Source of the DNA: an uncultured Spirochaetota bacterium
Lineage (GTDB): Bacteria > Spirochaetota > Spirochaetia > SZUA-6 > Fen-1364
NCBI GenBank assembly: GCA_963734545.1
Contig: CAVTHO010000006.1
Coordinates: forward strand, 128,001-192,000
DNA length: 64,000 nucleotides
Direction of reading: 5' to 3'
Positions within the stretch are counted from its first letter, which is position 1. The number at the start of each line of letters is the position of its first letter. A program made the translations under genes and the position numbers. Shown here piece by piece: positions 63,260 to 64,000 of the stretch. A model generated the notes under the pieces. It was not told where the DNA came from. It did no database searches and was given only the letters and a program-made list of their open reading frames with translations.

Positions 63260-63958
63260 TCAGGAATGCAATTGGCCGCGCAGCTCGGCCTGCGCATCCG
63301 CCGCCGTCATCAACCGTGCCAGCTTCCGCCCGAAAATATCGTACACGGCCTTCAGAATGTCCGGCCAGATCGTGGTGATGCCATCCGTGATCGCCGTCAC
63401 GCGGTACTCTCTCGTGCTTGCCGCGTAGATGGTGGCTGCCACGCACAGATCCGCCAGCATGCCCGTCACCATCAGGTACCGGATATCCGCCGCGCGCAGC
63501 ACAAGGTCCAGCGGCGTGCCATAGAACTTGTCCAGCCCGGGAGCGCGAATCACCACTTCTCCCGGGAGGGGCCGCAGCTCTTCCACCGTGTCAGGGGATT
63601 CGGCGCCTTTGGTCCCCGGTATGCTGTTGCTCGACGGCATGCCCCACCCGGTCGGCTGTCCCGGTTTCGCGGCACAGGTGCTCGGGGCCAAAGGGGTCTT
63701 TGCGGAGATTGGGGATCTCCGGCATCGGACACGAACTCCGTGAATACGACGGGGACGCGCGCGCCGCGGCAGAACTCGACGAGTCCCTTGACGACGGGCA
63801 GAATCTCAGCCGGCGGTCGGCACGTACAGCGACGAGCGCGGGTCCATGAAGCTCCGCTGCATGTCGATGACCAGGAGCGCGGTGCGCCCGGCATCCATGC
63901 GGTGCGTTTCCTGGATGCGCGCCATTTTCAGGGCAACGAGCTCATCGTGAGTGTGCAT
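63260..63958 (-). CDS. Isochorismatase/cysteine hydrolase family protein (frameshifted)
   Basis: TALLVIDMQ, VPVVFT, FYGTPLD, TGMLADLCV. Confidence 0.85.
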
Positions 63959-64000
63959 GGACACCGCCTCTCGCCTTACTCTACCGTTTTCAGCCAGCCG

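Noticed and set aside
17500-63900. Mass pseudogenisation or programmed frameshifting in che, AOR and sugar genes
   Set aside because: Scattered single-base indels with intact catalytic motifs and no evident nonsense codons or slippery sites fit uncorrected long-read errors better
1-64000. tRNA/rRNA genes, transposases, integrases, phage or defence genes
   Set aside because: None recognisable in the sequence or ORF track

Overview
High-GC bacterial window, probably a free-living anaerobic Spirochaetia (CheX, spirochaete-type lipoprotein/SBP signal peptides, Borrelia-like mevalonate pathway; taxonomy is inference). Many genes carry single-base frameshifts that look like long-read assembly errors, so coordinates of reconstructed genes are approximate. 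Left to right: acs 3' end; FliG_C-like, thioredoxin-like and hydrolase genes; a complete classical mevalonate pathway in two convergent operons (2.9-9.6 kb); a sigma54-controlled chemosensory/cyclic-nucleotide locus (Cache protein, MCP, NtrC-type activator, cheY-cheX-cheA::cheC-cheD-cheR-cheB-comFB-HD-GYP-cheW, HEAT-repeat adenylate cyclase, two kinases; 12-31.4 kb); arsC convergent with a marR-hgcA-hgcB mercury-methylation operon whose sigma70 promoter is overlaid by three phased palindromic boxes (31.6-34.2 kb); and a ~29 kb divergent sugar-catabolic island with a tungsten-type aldehyde:ferredoxin oxidoreductase, MoaD, an AbrB-radical SAM/SPASM protein, aldolases, kinases and two ABC transporters. 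Non-coding highlights: a dispersed CCGCGG-hairpin repeat family that also inserts into coding sequence, an 80-bp MITE-like element in two inverted copies, matching enhancer + sigma54 architectures at two promoters, and a cluster of CsrA-type hairpins.
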